A DNA stretch of 64,000 bases, taken from the NCBI GenBank assembly GCA_038104845.1, contig JAYOBJ010000004.1:14129-78128 (forward strand). Direction: 5' to 3'. Origin of the DNA: Methanobacteriota archaeon (GTDB lineage: Archaea; Thermoplasmatota; Poseidoniia; Poseidoniales; Poseidoniaceae). How positions within the stretch are numbered: position 1 is the first letter of the stretch; every line of letters starts with the position of its first letter. A model generated the notes under the pieces. It was not told the DNA's origin. It searched no databases and saw nothing but the letters and a program-made list of their open reading frames with translations. Positions 39,636-49,691 of this stretch are shown piece after piece. The position numbers were made by a program, and so were the translations under genes.

Positions 39636-41930
39636 ATGACGCGCAACGTGAACCCAACAACCCCCCCCGACAACCATCGGCTCCGCCTCGGTGCACCCAA
39701 AGCGAAAGCTGCCGGTGTTGCCGCTGCCGTTTCATCGATGTACCACGGCATCACCAAAATGGGGGTCAACAAAACGGTCAAAACGCTGCTCACGGTGAAC
39801 CAGCATCAAGGCTTTGATTGCCCCGGGTGCGCTTGGCCTGACCCAGACCATCGGACGTCGTTCGAATTTTGCGAAAACGGTGCAAAGGCGGTCGCCGATG
39901 AATCGATGGCTGCACGGGTCGATGCTGCCTTTTTTTCCCGCTATTCTGTTCATGACTTGGCAACATGGTCGGACCATCGCCTGAACCGGGCTGGTCGGTT
40001 GGCACAGCCCATGCATCTCGCCCCGGGTTCCAATCATTATACGCCGATCGGTTGGGACGATGCCCTGGATTTAATCGCCGACCGTTTGACCTCCGTGGCT
40101 GCGTCCGAACGCGCCGTCTTCTACACCTCGGGTCGCACCAGCAACGAGGCGGCGTTTCTGTACCAAGCGATGGTGCGCGGGCTTGGAACCAACAACTTGC
40201 CCGATTGTTCAAACATGTGTCACGAGTCAAGCGGGAAGGGCTTGGGTCAAACCATTGGGATTGGGAAGGGAACGGTCAGCCTTGACGACTTCAATCACGC
40301 AGACCTGATCATGGTGATAGGACAAAACCCGGGTACGAACCACCCTCGAATGTTGACGGCCTTGAGGGATGCCAAGCATCGCGGTGCTCGGATTCTCCAT
40401 GTCAATCCACTCCCCGAAGCCGGTCTGATGGCGTTCAAGCATCCTCAGGACTACATGAAAGCTAAGTTTGCATCCACCACGCTCGCCGATCTGCACCTTC
40501 CGGTACGCATTGGCGGTGACGCTGCCCTCCTCAAGGGACTGATGAAGATCATGCTGCGCGACGGTTCACTCGATACGGGCTTCATTGAATCCATGACCAC
40601 AGGGTTTGAGGCGCTGGCCGATTCGTTGGTGAATGAAGACTGGACTGTTTTGGAGCGTGAGTCCGGTCTTTCCCGTCAGCAAATGGAAGATGCCGGCCGT
40701 TTGGTCGTGGAATCCAAAGCCACCATCGCCTGTTGGGCGATGGGCCTGACTCAACACCGCAACGGGGTCGCCGTCATTCAAGAAGTGGTGAATTTGCTGC
40801 TGATGGGTGGACATGTGGGTCGACCAGGGGCAGGATTTTGTCCTGTTCGTGGCCATTCAAACGTCCAAGGCGACCGCACGGTCGGCATCTGGGAAGCGCC
40901 TTCAGAAGCGTTCCTCCAACGTATGGAAGAGGGGCTTGGATTTACCATGCCCACCGCCCACGGGTACGACGTCGTGGGCTCAATCGAAGCGATGCTCAAC
41001 AACGATGTCGACGTGTTCGTGTGCATGGGAGGAAACTTCCTTTCGGCCACACCCGACACGAAACTCACTGCCACGGGACTTCAAAGGGTGGGCCTCACGG
41101 TTCAAATCTCCACCAAATTGAACCGGTCCCATCTGGTGACAGGCCAAGAAGCGTTGATCCTTCCTTGTTTGGGACGGACCGAGTTGGATGTGCAATCCCA
41201 AGGCGAGCAGTTTGTGACCGTGGAGAACTCCATGGGCATCGTTCACACCTCTGTGGGCGGTCTACGGCCTGCCTCCCCCCACCTCAAAAGCGAGCCGTGG
41301 ATCGTGGCCCAAATCGCTCACCGCTGCCTTCCCGAATCCCCTCTTCCATGGCTGGAGCTTGTGGGCAATTACGACCGGATACGCGATTTGATGTCCGTGA
41401 GCTTGGTTGGTTTTGACCAATACAACGAGCGGGTTCGTTTGCCCAACGGCTTTGCACTCCCCAACACCCCGCGTGACCAACGGCGTTTTGACACACCCGA
41501 TGGGAAGGCACGCTTCACGGTTCACCCACGCCCCGACCTCGAGGTTGGTGATGGCCGATACGTCTTGATGACCCTGCGAAGCCACGACCAGTACAACACC
41601 ACCATATACGGTCTGCACGATCGTTATCGAGGCATTCATGGTCACCGTCGTGTGCTCATGATGAACGCCAAGGACATGGTTGAGAGGGGTTGGAAAGCAC
41701 GAACCACCGTGAACATCACCAGTCATTTTCAGGGCGAAGAGCGTCACTCGCACGCATGGTTGCTTGTCCCGTACGAGATCCCTCGCGGCAACCTTGCAGC
41801 GTACTTCCCGGAAGCCAATGAATTGGTGCCGCTTCGATCCACGGCAGCCCTCTCCAACACGCCCACGTCCAAATGGGTGGTTGTTTCTTTGGAAGCAGCC
41901 GGTGGCGCAGCCCACGGAGAAGAAGAATGA
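39636..41930 (+). CDS. FdhF/YdeP-family molybdopterin oxidoreductase
   Basis: GFDCPGCAWPDP, FCENGAKA, YTSGRTSNEAA, DCSNMCHE, RGHSNVQG, RSHDQYNTT. Confidence 0.93.
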   Translation: MTRNVNPTTPPDNHRLRLGAPKAKAAGVAAAVSSMYHGITKMGVNKTVKTLLTVNQHQGFDCPGCAWPDPDHRTSFEFCENGAKAVADESMAARVDAAFFSRYSVHDLATWSDHRLNRAGRLAQPMHLAPGSNHYTPIGWDDALDLIADRLTSVAASERAVFYTSGRTSNEAAFLYQAMVRGLGTNNLPDCSNMCHESSGKGLGQTIGIGKGTVSLDDFNHADLIMVIGQNPGTNHPRMLTALRDAKHRGARILHVNPLPEAGLMAFKHPQDYMKAKFASTTLADLHLPVRIGGDAALLKGLMKIMLRDGSLDTGFIESMTTGFEALADSLVNEDWTVLERESGLSRQQMEDAGRLVVESKATIACWAMGLTQHRNGVAVIQEVVNLLLMGGHVGRPGAGFCPVRGHSNVQGDRTVGIWEAPSEAFLQRMEEGLGFTMPTAHGYDVVGSIEAMLNNDVDVFVCMGGNFLSATPDTKLTATGLQRVGLTVQISTKLNRSHLVTGQEALILPCLGRTELDVQSQGEQFVTVENSMGIVHTSVGGLRPASPHLKSEPWIVAQIAHRCLPESPLPWLELVGNYDRIRDLMSVSLVGFDQYNERVRLPNGFALPNTPRDQRRFDTPDGKARFTVHPRPDLEVGDGRYVLMTLRSHDQYNTTIYGLHDRYRGIHGHRRVLMMNAKDMVERGWKARTTVNITSHFQGEERHSHAWLLVPYEIPRGNLAAYFPEANELVPLRSTAALSNTPTSKWVVVSLEAAGGAAHGEEE

Positions 41931-43180
41931 CGCAAACTTCCTACGTTTCGCTCGTCAGAAACAATGCGTCGTTTCGCAGGCTGTGGCTTGCTGCGGTCGT
42001 CTCCATGCTCGGCGAGTGGTTCAACACCATCGCCCTGTTTTTGCTCATCCTCACCTACACAGAGAGTGAATGGTTGCTGGGTGTGCTGTTCACGGTTCGA
42101 ATGGCTGGTTTTGCTTTGCTCCAGCCCTTCATTGGCATGATGGCTGACCGGTATTCGAGAAAGATGCTGATGGTCGCATCGAACCTCGCACAAGCGGTGC
42201 TCGCTCTGTGCTTCCTCTGGGTGAACGGACCTGAAGACATCGTTTGGATGATCGGCTTGTCAGGCGTGATGATGATTCTGCACGGCGTGTACATGACCGC
42301 TGAGCGCGCTTCCATTCCCAACGTGGTCAGCGAAGCGGATTTGGCAACAGCCAATGCGTTGGATGCAGCATCGTGGTCAACGGCCTTGTGCATTGGAGCC
42401 ATGCTTGGTGGCTTGGTGGTCTCGGCTTGGGGCACCGATGCAGCCTTCATCATCGATTCGATCACCTTCGTGTTCGGTACCGTCCTGCTCGTGAACTTGA
42501 GACTCCCGCAAACCGTGGAAGATGCACCCGAATCGGGTTGGGTCAAAACGGCCTTTGGCAACATCAAGCGTGGGTTTCAACGCATTCGTTCTGAACCGAG
42601 ACTGTACCGCATTGTTTTTGCCAAAGCATCCTGGAACATCGCAGGTGGAGGCCTTGCTGGCGTGTATCTTGTCTTGCTTGGGAACGATGTCGATGGATAC
42701 GGTGCAGCGTTTGGCTTTGGTTTGTTTTTCTTTGCGAGGGGGATCGGCACCGGTATTGGCCCCATCATCGCACGAAATCTGTTCACCGACCAAAGCCGTT
42801 GGCCCACGTTGATTGGGCAACTGATCGTGTGTTCTGGTTTGCTGTACTTCTTGGTTGGATGGTCCGTGGGCGGAGCGCTTTGGGTCACGGTGCTGCTGGT
42901 CATCCTCGCCCACAGCGCCAGCGGTGCCAATTGGGTCCTCTCCACCATCATGGTGCAGCAATGGGTGGAGGACGAAGTTCGCGGTCGGGTCTTTTCTGCA
43001 GACATGTTGGTGCTTTCCGTGGCGTTTTCCATCTCATCGAGTCTTGCTGGGTACTTGATGGAATCCGACACACTGAATGTGCAACAGGGGATCATGGTGT
43101 ATGCGGCCGTGATGATTGTATCCGGTGCTTTGTTCACCTTGTGGCGGCCGGATGTGCGCCGTCATTCCGTTGATGCTTGA
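41927..43180 (+). CDS. MFS transporter
   Basis: FRRLWLA, GMMADRYSRK, RGRVFS; about 12 TM segments. Confidence 0.9.
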   Translation: MTQTSYVSLVRNNASFRRLWLAAVVSMLGEWFNTIALFLLILTYTESEWLLGVLFTVRMAGFALLQPFIGMMADRYSRKMLMVASNLAQAVLALCFLWVNGPEDIVWMIGLSGVMMILHGVYMTAERASIPNVVSEADLATANALDAASWSTALCIGAMLGGLVVSAWGTDAAFIIDSITFVFGTVLLVNLRLPQTVEDAPESGWVKTAFGNIKRGFQRIRSEPRLYRIVFAKASWNIAGGGLAGVYLVLLGNDVDGYGAAFGFGLFFFARGIGTGIGPIIARNLFTDQSRWPTLIGQLIVCSGLLYFLVGWSVGGALWVTVLLVILAHSASGANWVLSTIMVQQWVEDEVRGRVFSADMLVLSVAFSISSSLAGYLMESDTLNVQQGIMVYAAVMIVSGALFTLWRPDVRRHSVDA

Positions 43181-45048
43181 AGGCAACGTTCGTGCGTGCA
43201 CGCAGGCGGCGTGAAGTAACGACGCTCGGCGGGATCAAAGGTGTCGAGTTGGAGGGTTGATGTTGATCCTTCCTGCACGGTGACGATGGCAGAGGTGCTG
43301 GCTGGAAGATAGTCTTCGCCGGTGGAGGCCAGCGACAGGCGGAGCGAGTGCCCCTCCGGGATTTCAGCGTCCAGCGGTAGGAATTCCATTTTGGCGTTGA
43401 TGGTCGCCAACAGGGGCAACCACGTTTGGATGGTGTCCCCTCCACCGTGGTATCTTAAATCCATGATGGCATGTCCAATGTGGATGCAATTGTCGCTTGG
43501 ACTGCAGTCCTCCAGCAGGGCATACAGTTGCCCTCCCACGGCGCTCGTGGTGACGTCAACGTGCAAGCGCGGTACACCGGCCAAATGCATCGTGGATGTG
43601 AGCGGTTCGGATTGCCATGTGGGTCCTGAGGATGCGTCGGGGAGAACGGTCAGCGAACCGTCCACGAGGGTCAATTCACGACCGAGTTCCAACGTTGTCA
43701 CCGATACATCGGCCGGTGGGTAGCGTTCCTCGAGGCGCCAGCTTCCTTGGTTGGATTGAATTTCAATCCATTGTCCAGGTTGCGGTCCAATGTTTTTCAA
43801 ATAATAATCAAACCATTCGAGCAAATCCTGCATCCAGTCAAATCGGACCATTTCAGGGAAGGCTTCACCGCCTCGGCCACCGAGGTCGGAACGGTCGTCC
43901 AGTTGCACCGGTCGGTCCGGATAATCGTGGTCCCATTGTCCAAACAGCCCTTTGGCCTCAATGCCCGCGTCGATGAGAGCGTTCATCGTGGGAACGGCCA
44001 TGTGCGGATCAACGTTCCAGTCGTGCATCCCTTGAATCAGGTAGACGCTGCCTGTGTAATGCTCCAAGACCCTGTCGAGGAAATAACGCTCTTCCCAATA
44101 GGTTCCGGCGACTTCCGAACCAAAGACATAGGCGGACACGCCGGTTCCGGGGCCGAGGATGTAATCCGGGCAGAGGTTTTGATAGTCTTCTTCATCACCG
44201 TCCAACCCGTAACTCCCGTACACGCCGTTGTGCATGATGGGTGCTCGAGCCTCGGCCGAGCCATTGCGCCACATCAACTCCTTCACGCCAATGAGGCCGG
44301 AGATGGGAACGATGGTTTTGAGATGGTCGTGCTCAGAGCCAAACATGGCCGCTTGCCACGGGGTGCTGCCGTCGTACGATTTTCCGATCAAGGCCACCGC
44401 ACCGTTGGACCATGGTTGTTCACCAAGCCAGCGTACGGCTGCATCGTTGCCGAGTTGTTCGGCCGTGCCCATCAGGTCCATGCAATGGTTCGAACGACCC
44501 GTTCCTGCCACCGATACCTGGGCGAATGCATAGCCGTGAGGGAGGAGTTGGTCGATGATCATTTGTCCCAACCAACTGCCGGGGACCTCAATGGTGGGCG
44601 TTTGCACGCTGGGTTCTTGAAAGTAGGGTCCGAATTCAGCGATGACGGGCACGGTGACGCCCTCGGGTACGTTGGGCCGCCAGACGGCAAGGCTGATGAG
44701 ACCGTTCGGAGCAGCACCGCCCTCCTCGATGGGCAACACGTATTCAACGAAGGTGTGTGTTGAATTCCATTCGTTCTCGGTCGGCAGGATGGTGTAGGGC
44801 CCGACTTCCAACGCAACGCCAAATTCTCCAGAGGTCTGGTAAGGCATGTCAGCACGCTCCCAAACGGGAACACGCACACCCCGTGCCTCATCATCGTCGT
44901 CGATCACCGTCAACACGGCGTTGTTGAGGACGGCCGAGGCGAACAAAAAAGCCAGTGCAACCGCCACCGTAGCACCAAGAATGGCATTGAATTCGGTTGA
45001 TGCTTGGCGAAGCGTTGAGCCAGCCGCCCCCTCTTCCACACGGTCCAT
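43162..45048 (-). CDS. CocE/NonD (peptidase S15) hydrolase, membrane anchored
   Basis: GTGRS, WSNGAVALIGKSYDG, DWNV, GQWDH. Confidence 0.88.
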   Translation of the reverse strand: MDRVEEGAAGSTLRQASTEFNAILGATVAVALAFLFASAVLNNAVLTVIDDDDEARGVRVPVWERADMPYQTSGEFGVALEVGPYTILPTENEWNSTHTFVEYVLPIEEGGAAPNGLISLAVWRPNVPEGVTVPVIAEFGPYFQEPSVQTPTIEVPGSWLGQMIIDQLLPHGYAFAQVSVAGTGRSNHCMDLMGTAEQLGNDAAVRWLGEQPWSNGAVALIGKSYDGSTPWQAAMFGSEHDHLKTIVPISGLIGVKELMWRNGSAEARAPIMHNGVYGSYGLDGDEEDYQNLCPDYILGPGTGVSAYVFGSEVAGTYWEERYFLDRVLEHYTGSVYLIQGMHDWNVDPHMAVPTMNALIDAGIEAKGLFGQWDHDYPDRPVQLDDRSDLGGRGGEAFPEMVRFDWMQDLLEWFDYYLKNIGPQPGQWIEIQSNQGSWRLEERYPPADVSVTTLELGRELTLVDGSLTVLPDASSGPTWQSEPLTSTMHLAGVPRLHVDVTTSAVGGQLYALLEDCSPSDNCIHIGHAIMDLRYHGGGDTIQTWLPLLATINAKMEFLPLDAEIPEGHSLRLSLASTGEDYLPASTSAIVTVQEGSTSTLQLDTFDPAERRYFTPPACTHERCLQASTE

Positions 45049-45146
45049 CTGTGCACGCCTAGCGTTCCCGATTTTTGATGTTGTGGACAGAAGGCTCGTG
45101 GGCGGTTGCAACAAGCCTCAAAGGCAACCGTCGTTGAGAAGTGGCC

Positions 45147-47180
45147 ATGGCGGAGGATTGGGGGCCGCTTCGTCAAACCATTCTCGAGGGCATCCCTGAT
45201 TCCCTGCCCCCACGGCAACCTTTGGACCCAAATGTCGACCATGCCCCCGCTCGAAAACAAGTCCTCACGGCCGAAGAAAAACACCTTGCCGTGTGCAATG
45301 CATTGCGTTACTTTCCTCCGGTTCATCATCAACCGTTGTACCCCGAATTCATGGAGGAATTGGAATCCTTCGGGCGCATCTTGATGCGACGTCTTCGGCC
45401 CACAGCGCACCCCATGCGGGCCCATCCCATCGAGGCCTATCCTGCAAAGACCCAGCAAGCTGCTTCCATCATGCTGATGATTCAAAACAACCTTGACCCC
45501 GATGTTGCTCAATTCCCGCATGAATTGATCACGTACGGTGGAAACGGTTCGGTGTTTCAAAATTGGGCGCAGTACCGACTGGCCATGAAATACCTCAGTG
45601 AGATGGGTGAGGACCAAACGTTGGTGATGTATTCAGGTCACCCAATGGGCCTCTTTCCATCGTCACCTGACGCTCCGAGGGTGGTTGTCACCAACGGCAT
45701 GGTGATTCCGAACCACTCATCCCCTGCCGACTACGAACGGATGAACGCACTCGGTGTGACGCAATACGGTCAAATGACAGCAGGGTCCTACATGTACATC
45801 GGACCTCAAGGCATTGTCCATGGCACCACCATTACCCTGTTGAATGCGGCACGCATGCACCTCGGTCTTGACGACGATTCCACCTTGGCCGGCGTGACCT
45901 TCGTCACGAGCGGTTTGGGCGGGATGTCCGGCGCACAAGCCAAAGCTGCAACCATCGCTGGCGCAGCATGCATCATCGCCGAAGCCAACGCCCATGCGGC
46001 TCACAAGCGACATGAACAGGGTTGGTTGACGGATGTCACGGACGATGTTGATGAGGCGATCGATCTCATGATTGAGGCGGCGAGCACCGGTTCAACGATC
46101 TCCATCGGGTACATCGGCAACATCGTTCGACTGTGGGAGCGGTTGGTCGACCGCGAAGTCAAGGTTGACCTCGGAAGCGATCAAACCAGTCTGCACAACC
46201 CGTTTCAAGGCGGCTATTTCCCTGTGGACCGTTCGTTCGAAGAGGCGTCGGTGATGATGTCCTCCGACCCTGAGGGGTTTGAGGATGCCGTGCGAGCCAC
46301 GCTGCGAAGGCACGCAGATGCCATCAACACCATGGTTGAGCAAGGGATGTACTTCTGGGATTACGGCAACGCCTTCCTGCTTGAAGCATCACGCGCAGGT
46401 GCCGATGTGATGGCATCGGACGGCTCGTTCCGATATCCAAGCTACGTTGAAGACATCATGGGGCCGTTGTGCTTTGACTATGGGTTCGGACCCTACCGTT
46501 GGATCTGCACCAGCGGCCTCGCGTCGGATTTGGAAGAAACCGATCGCATTGCCGAATCCATCCTGGTCCAGATGCTCGCTGAAGCACCCAACGAGATTCG
46601 ACGTCAAATTCAAGACAATCTGATTTGGATTCGCCAAGCTGGGCACAATGCACTGGTGGTCGGTAGCCAGGCCCGCATTCTCTACGCCGATGACGAGGGC
46701 CGGCGACGCATCGCACAAGCCATGAACCAAGCCGTTCGGGACGGTCGGCTCCAAGGTCCGGTCGTCTTGGGCCGGGACCATCACGATGTGTCCGGTACAG
46801 ACAGCCCCTATCGAGAAACAGCCAACATTCGTGATGGGTCGATGTACACCGCCGACATGGCCGTGCAAAACGCAATTGGTGATGCGTTTCGGGGTGCCAC
46901 CTGGGTCAGTCTTCACAACGGCGGCGGGGTTGGATGGGGAGAAGTGATCAACGGTGGCTTCGGTTTACTCTTGGACGGCTCCGACGATGCATCTCGGAAA
47001 TTAAACAACATGTTGCACTGGGACGTCAACAACGGCGTGGCCCGTCGCGCCTGGGCTCGCAACCCGGGTGCGGCGTTTGCCATTCGAAGGGCCATGGAGG
47101 CCAACGACCGATTGAAGGTCACCGTGCCCCATCTCGTTGATGAGGGTGTTCTGAACGGTCCGGGGGGGCGTCCGTCGTGA
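45147..47180 (+). CDS. hutU: Urocanate hydratase (long form)
   Basis: GQMTAGSYMYIGPQGIVHGT, GLGGMSGAQ, DQTSLHN, GRDHHDVSGTDSP, HNGGGVGWG. Confidence 0.96.
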   Translation: MAEDWGPLRQTILEGIPDSLPPRQPLDPNVDHAPARKQVLTAEEKHLAVCNALRYFPPVHHQPLYPEFMEELESFGRILMRRLRPTAHPMRAHPIEAYPAKTQQAASIMLMIQNNLDPDVAQFPHELITYGGNGSVFQNWAQYRLAMKYLSEMGEDQTLVMYSGHPMGLFPSSPDAPRVVVTNGMVIPNHSSPADYERMNALGVTQYGQMTAGSYMYIGPQGIVHGTTITLLNAARMHLGLDDDSTLAGVTFVTSGLGGMSGAQAKAATIAGAACIIAEANAHAAHKRHEQGWLTDVTDDVDEAIDLMIEAASTGSTISIGYIGNIVRLWERLVDREVKVDLGSDQTSLHNPFQGGYFPVDRSFEEASVMMSSDPEGFEDAVRATLRRHADAINTMVEQGMYFWDYGNAFLLEASRAGADVMASDGSFRYPSYVEDIMGPLCFDYGFGPYRWICTSGLASDLEETDRIAESILVQMLAEAPNEIRRQIQDNLIWIRQAGHNALVVGSQARILYADDEGRRRIAQAMNQAVRDGRLQGPVVLGRDHHDVSGTDSPYRETANIRDGSMYTADMAVQNAIGDAFRGATWVSLHNGGGVGWGEVINGGFGLLLDGSDDASRKLNNMLHWDVNNGVARRAWARNPGAAFAIRRAMEANDRLKVTVPHLVDEGVLNGPGGRPS

Positions 47181-48730
47181 CCAACAACACGGTGCACGTC
47201 GACGGTGCAACACTGACCGTGACGGATGTGATGATGGTTGCCCATCGCCGGTCCACCGTTGCCGTTTCTGAAGATGCGTGGCCGAACATCCATGCCGCTC
47301 GGGCCGTCGTCGACCGAATTGTCGCCAACAACGAAACGGTCTACGGCATCAACACTGGCTTTGGAGCGCTGGTGCATCAGCGCATTTCTCCAGACGATCT
47401 TGCCCAACTTCAGATCAACCTGATCCGTTCGCACGCCACCGCCATTGGGCCGGCAATGTCCGTTTCCGAGGTTCGAGCGATGATGTTGATCCGTTTGAAT
47501 TCACTTTGCAAAGGGCATTCGGGTGTCAACCCGAACGCCATCCGGCAATTGGTTTTGTTCCTGAACGAGGGGCTTCACCCAGAAGTTCCACGCATCGGTA
47601 GCCTTGGTGCAAGCGGTGACCTCGCCCCCTTGTCGCATCTCGCGCTGGCGCTGATCGGTGAGGGGCGATTGCTCGGTGATGATGGCGTCACGCGCCCAAC
47701 CAAGGATGTGCTGTTTGAACGCGGCGTCTTGCCGTTGGACTTGACGGCCAAGGACGGCTTGTCCCTCATCAACGGGACCTCACAAATGTCCGCTTACATG
47801 GCAACGTCCGTCGCCCGACTCTCGGAATTGTTGTTGCTGGCCGATGTGGTGTTGGCCATGTCCATGGAGGCACGTCAGTGCAGTCTTGCGCCGTTTCGAG
47901 CGGACGTGCACGACGTCCGCCCCCATCAAGGGCAACAGAAGGTCGCCCAGCGTGTCCGGTTCATGCTTCAGGATTCGCCCATCATGGCCGATCATGCGGA
48001 TTGCGACCGCGTGCAGGACCCGTACTCCTTCCGTTGTGCCCCTCAAGTTCACGGCGCCGTCTACGAATCGTTCCTTGATTTGCAACGAACCATTGACGTG
48101 GAGTTGAACAGCACCACGGACAACCCACTGATTTTCCCGTCACCCGATCGACCTGGTTCACACGAAGTGGTGAGCCAAGGCAATTTCCACGGTGAACTTC
48201 TCGCCACACGCGCTGATCAGATGGCCTTGGCGCTGTTTGAGTTGGCATCCATCAGTGAACGCCGCATGGATCAGATGCTGGATCGTTCCCGAAGCAACCT
48301 CCCTGCTTTTTTGGCCAAGAATTCTGGATTGGAATCTGGATTGATGATCGTTCAGTACGTCGCTGGAGCATCGCTGGCGGAATTGCGCGGTCACGCCTCC
48401 CCACGTTCAGCGTTTTCCACTTCAACCTCTGCGGGTCAGGAAGACCACGTCAGTTTGGGCGCAACGGCGAACCACAACTTACTGGTGGCGACCGAGCGGT
48501 TGGCTGAAGTGTTGGCATGCGAGGCACGCATCGCATCGGAAGCGCTGACCCACCAACCCATTCAACCGGTGGGCCATGTTGCAGGATTGCTCGACTTGGT
48601 GCGTGCACGCGCCCCCCCACTGGACGGCGACCGCAGCACTTCGGACGAACTCATCGCCATCGCTCAATCCATGATGGATGGTGGATGGCTTGCTCGCCTC
48701 GAAGCTGAGCACGGCCGCCTAGCTCGATGA
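47177..48730 (+). CDS. hutH: Histidine ammonia-lyase
   Basis: YGINTGFG, GASGDLAPL (MIO), INGT, QDPYSFRC, QEDHVS. Confidence 0.95.
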   Translation: MTNNTVHVDGATLTVTDVMMVAHRRSTVAVSEDAWPNIHAARAVVDRIVANNETVYGINTGFGALVHQRISPDDLAQLQINLIRSHATAIGPAMSVSEVRAMMLIRLNSLCKGHSGVNPNAIRQLVLFLNEGLHPEVPRIGSLGASGDLAPLSHLALALIGEGRLLGDDGVTRPTKDVLFERGVLPLDLTAKDGLSLINGTSQMSAYMATSVARLSELLLLADVVLAMSMEARQCSLAPFRADVHDVRPHQGQQKVAQRVRFMLQDSPIMADHADCDRVQDPYSFRCAPQVHGAVYESFLDLQRTIDVELNSTTDNPLIFPSPDRPGSHEVVSQGNFHGELLATRADQMALALFELASISERRMDQMLDRSRSNLPAFLAKNSGLESGLMIVQYVAGASLAELRGHASPRSAFSTSTSAGQEDHVSLGATANHNLLVATERLAEVLACEARIASEALTHQPIQPVGHVAGLLDLVRARAPPLDGDRSTSDELIAIAQSMMDGGWLARLEAEHGRLAR

Positions 48731-49591
48731 CGTTCGGGCAAGGACGATGGACGACGTCGCTTCCACATCGACGAGGTTGAACAACCGGTACGACCACCGT
48801 TCCAATTCCGCCACGGAAAACAAATCTGTCGAGCCGTGCATTTGAAGCAACGCTTCGGTGGCCACCCGAATGCGTTGCTCAACCGTGCTGTACAATGCAT
48901 AGGCGTCGCCGTCATTGCTCATGTTCAAGGCCGGTTCAAGTTCACTCAAATCAAACCCCATACGACGCCATTGCAACATGCGCTTGGACAACAAATTACG
49001 GTGGAAACCAACGCTCGGAAGGGACACGAGTTGAGCCAAGACCGGGGGCTGCGGTTCGGCCGAGGGGGCGTCCGTATTCTCGCTCGGCGGGGTGACTGTG
49101 TTGGCGTTGGTGCCGTCATCCGGCACGGCATCATCCGTTGCCGCTGAGGCCAGCAGCGGTGAGAGGCGCATCCAAACATTGGAGGGGAAGGTCAACGGAT
49201 CAAGCACCATGTGAACGGACAGCTGGTGTTCGTGGCTGAGGTCGGTGAGCCAGGCCAGCAGTGCAAACACCGGAACTGGACCCGCCTCGTCGAAGACAGC
49301 ATCCAATCCCTCGATGATGACCACACCCCCTGGGTGTTCGGCCGCCCATGACCCAACCGCAGTTTGGATCGCATCCACGGACGGCCGAATTGAGTCGTTG
49401 GTGTCCATGTAGGCCATCCACCGGAAGGTGGTCTTGTGTGGACTCAAATGCCGCAACAGTCTCCGAGCGGGTGAACGGCTGACGATCAACCGTGAGCGGC
49501 CGTCTTCAACGGACAAGCTGTCGTAGGTCAACATCAAGTCGTCAAAGGGGGTGATGTGAAGGGCGTGCAACGTACCTGCCCCCACCACCAT
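48719..49591 (-). CDS. Hypothetical protein, DUF835-like (degenerate RecA/KaiC-like) N-terminal domain
   Basis: LIVSRSP, GVVIIEGLD; C-terminal WRRMGFDLSELE. Confidence 0.55.
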   Translation of the reverse strand: MVVGAGTLHALHITPFDDLMLTYDSLSVEDGRSRLIVSRSPARRLLRHLSPHKTTFRWMAYMDTNDSIRPSVDAIQTAVGSWAAEHPGGVVIIEGLDAVFDEAGPVPVFALLAWLTDLSHEHQLSVHMVLDPLTFPSNVWMRLSPLLASAATDDAVPDDGTNANTVTPPSENTDAPSAEPQPPVLAQLVSLPSVGFHRNLLSKRMLQWRRMGFDLSELEPALNMSNDGDAYALYSTVEQRIRVATEALLQMHGSTDLFSVAELERWSYRLFNLVDVEATSSIVLARTSSS

Positions 49592-49691
49592 GGTTCCCGT
49601 TGGACTCCACCGTCTAAAGAAATACCTCCAACAATACCACGCCCGTCAAGAATTATATCCGAAGTGGTCCTCCTCACCATTGGGTGGTCCA

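Noticed and set aside
39636..41930. Possible selenocysteine formate dehydrogenase
   Set aside because: No in-frame TGA; Cys at the ligand position
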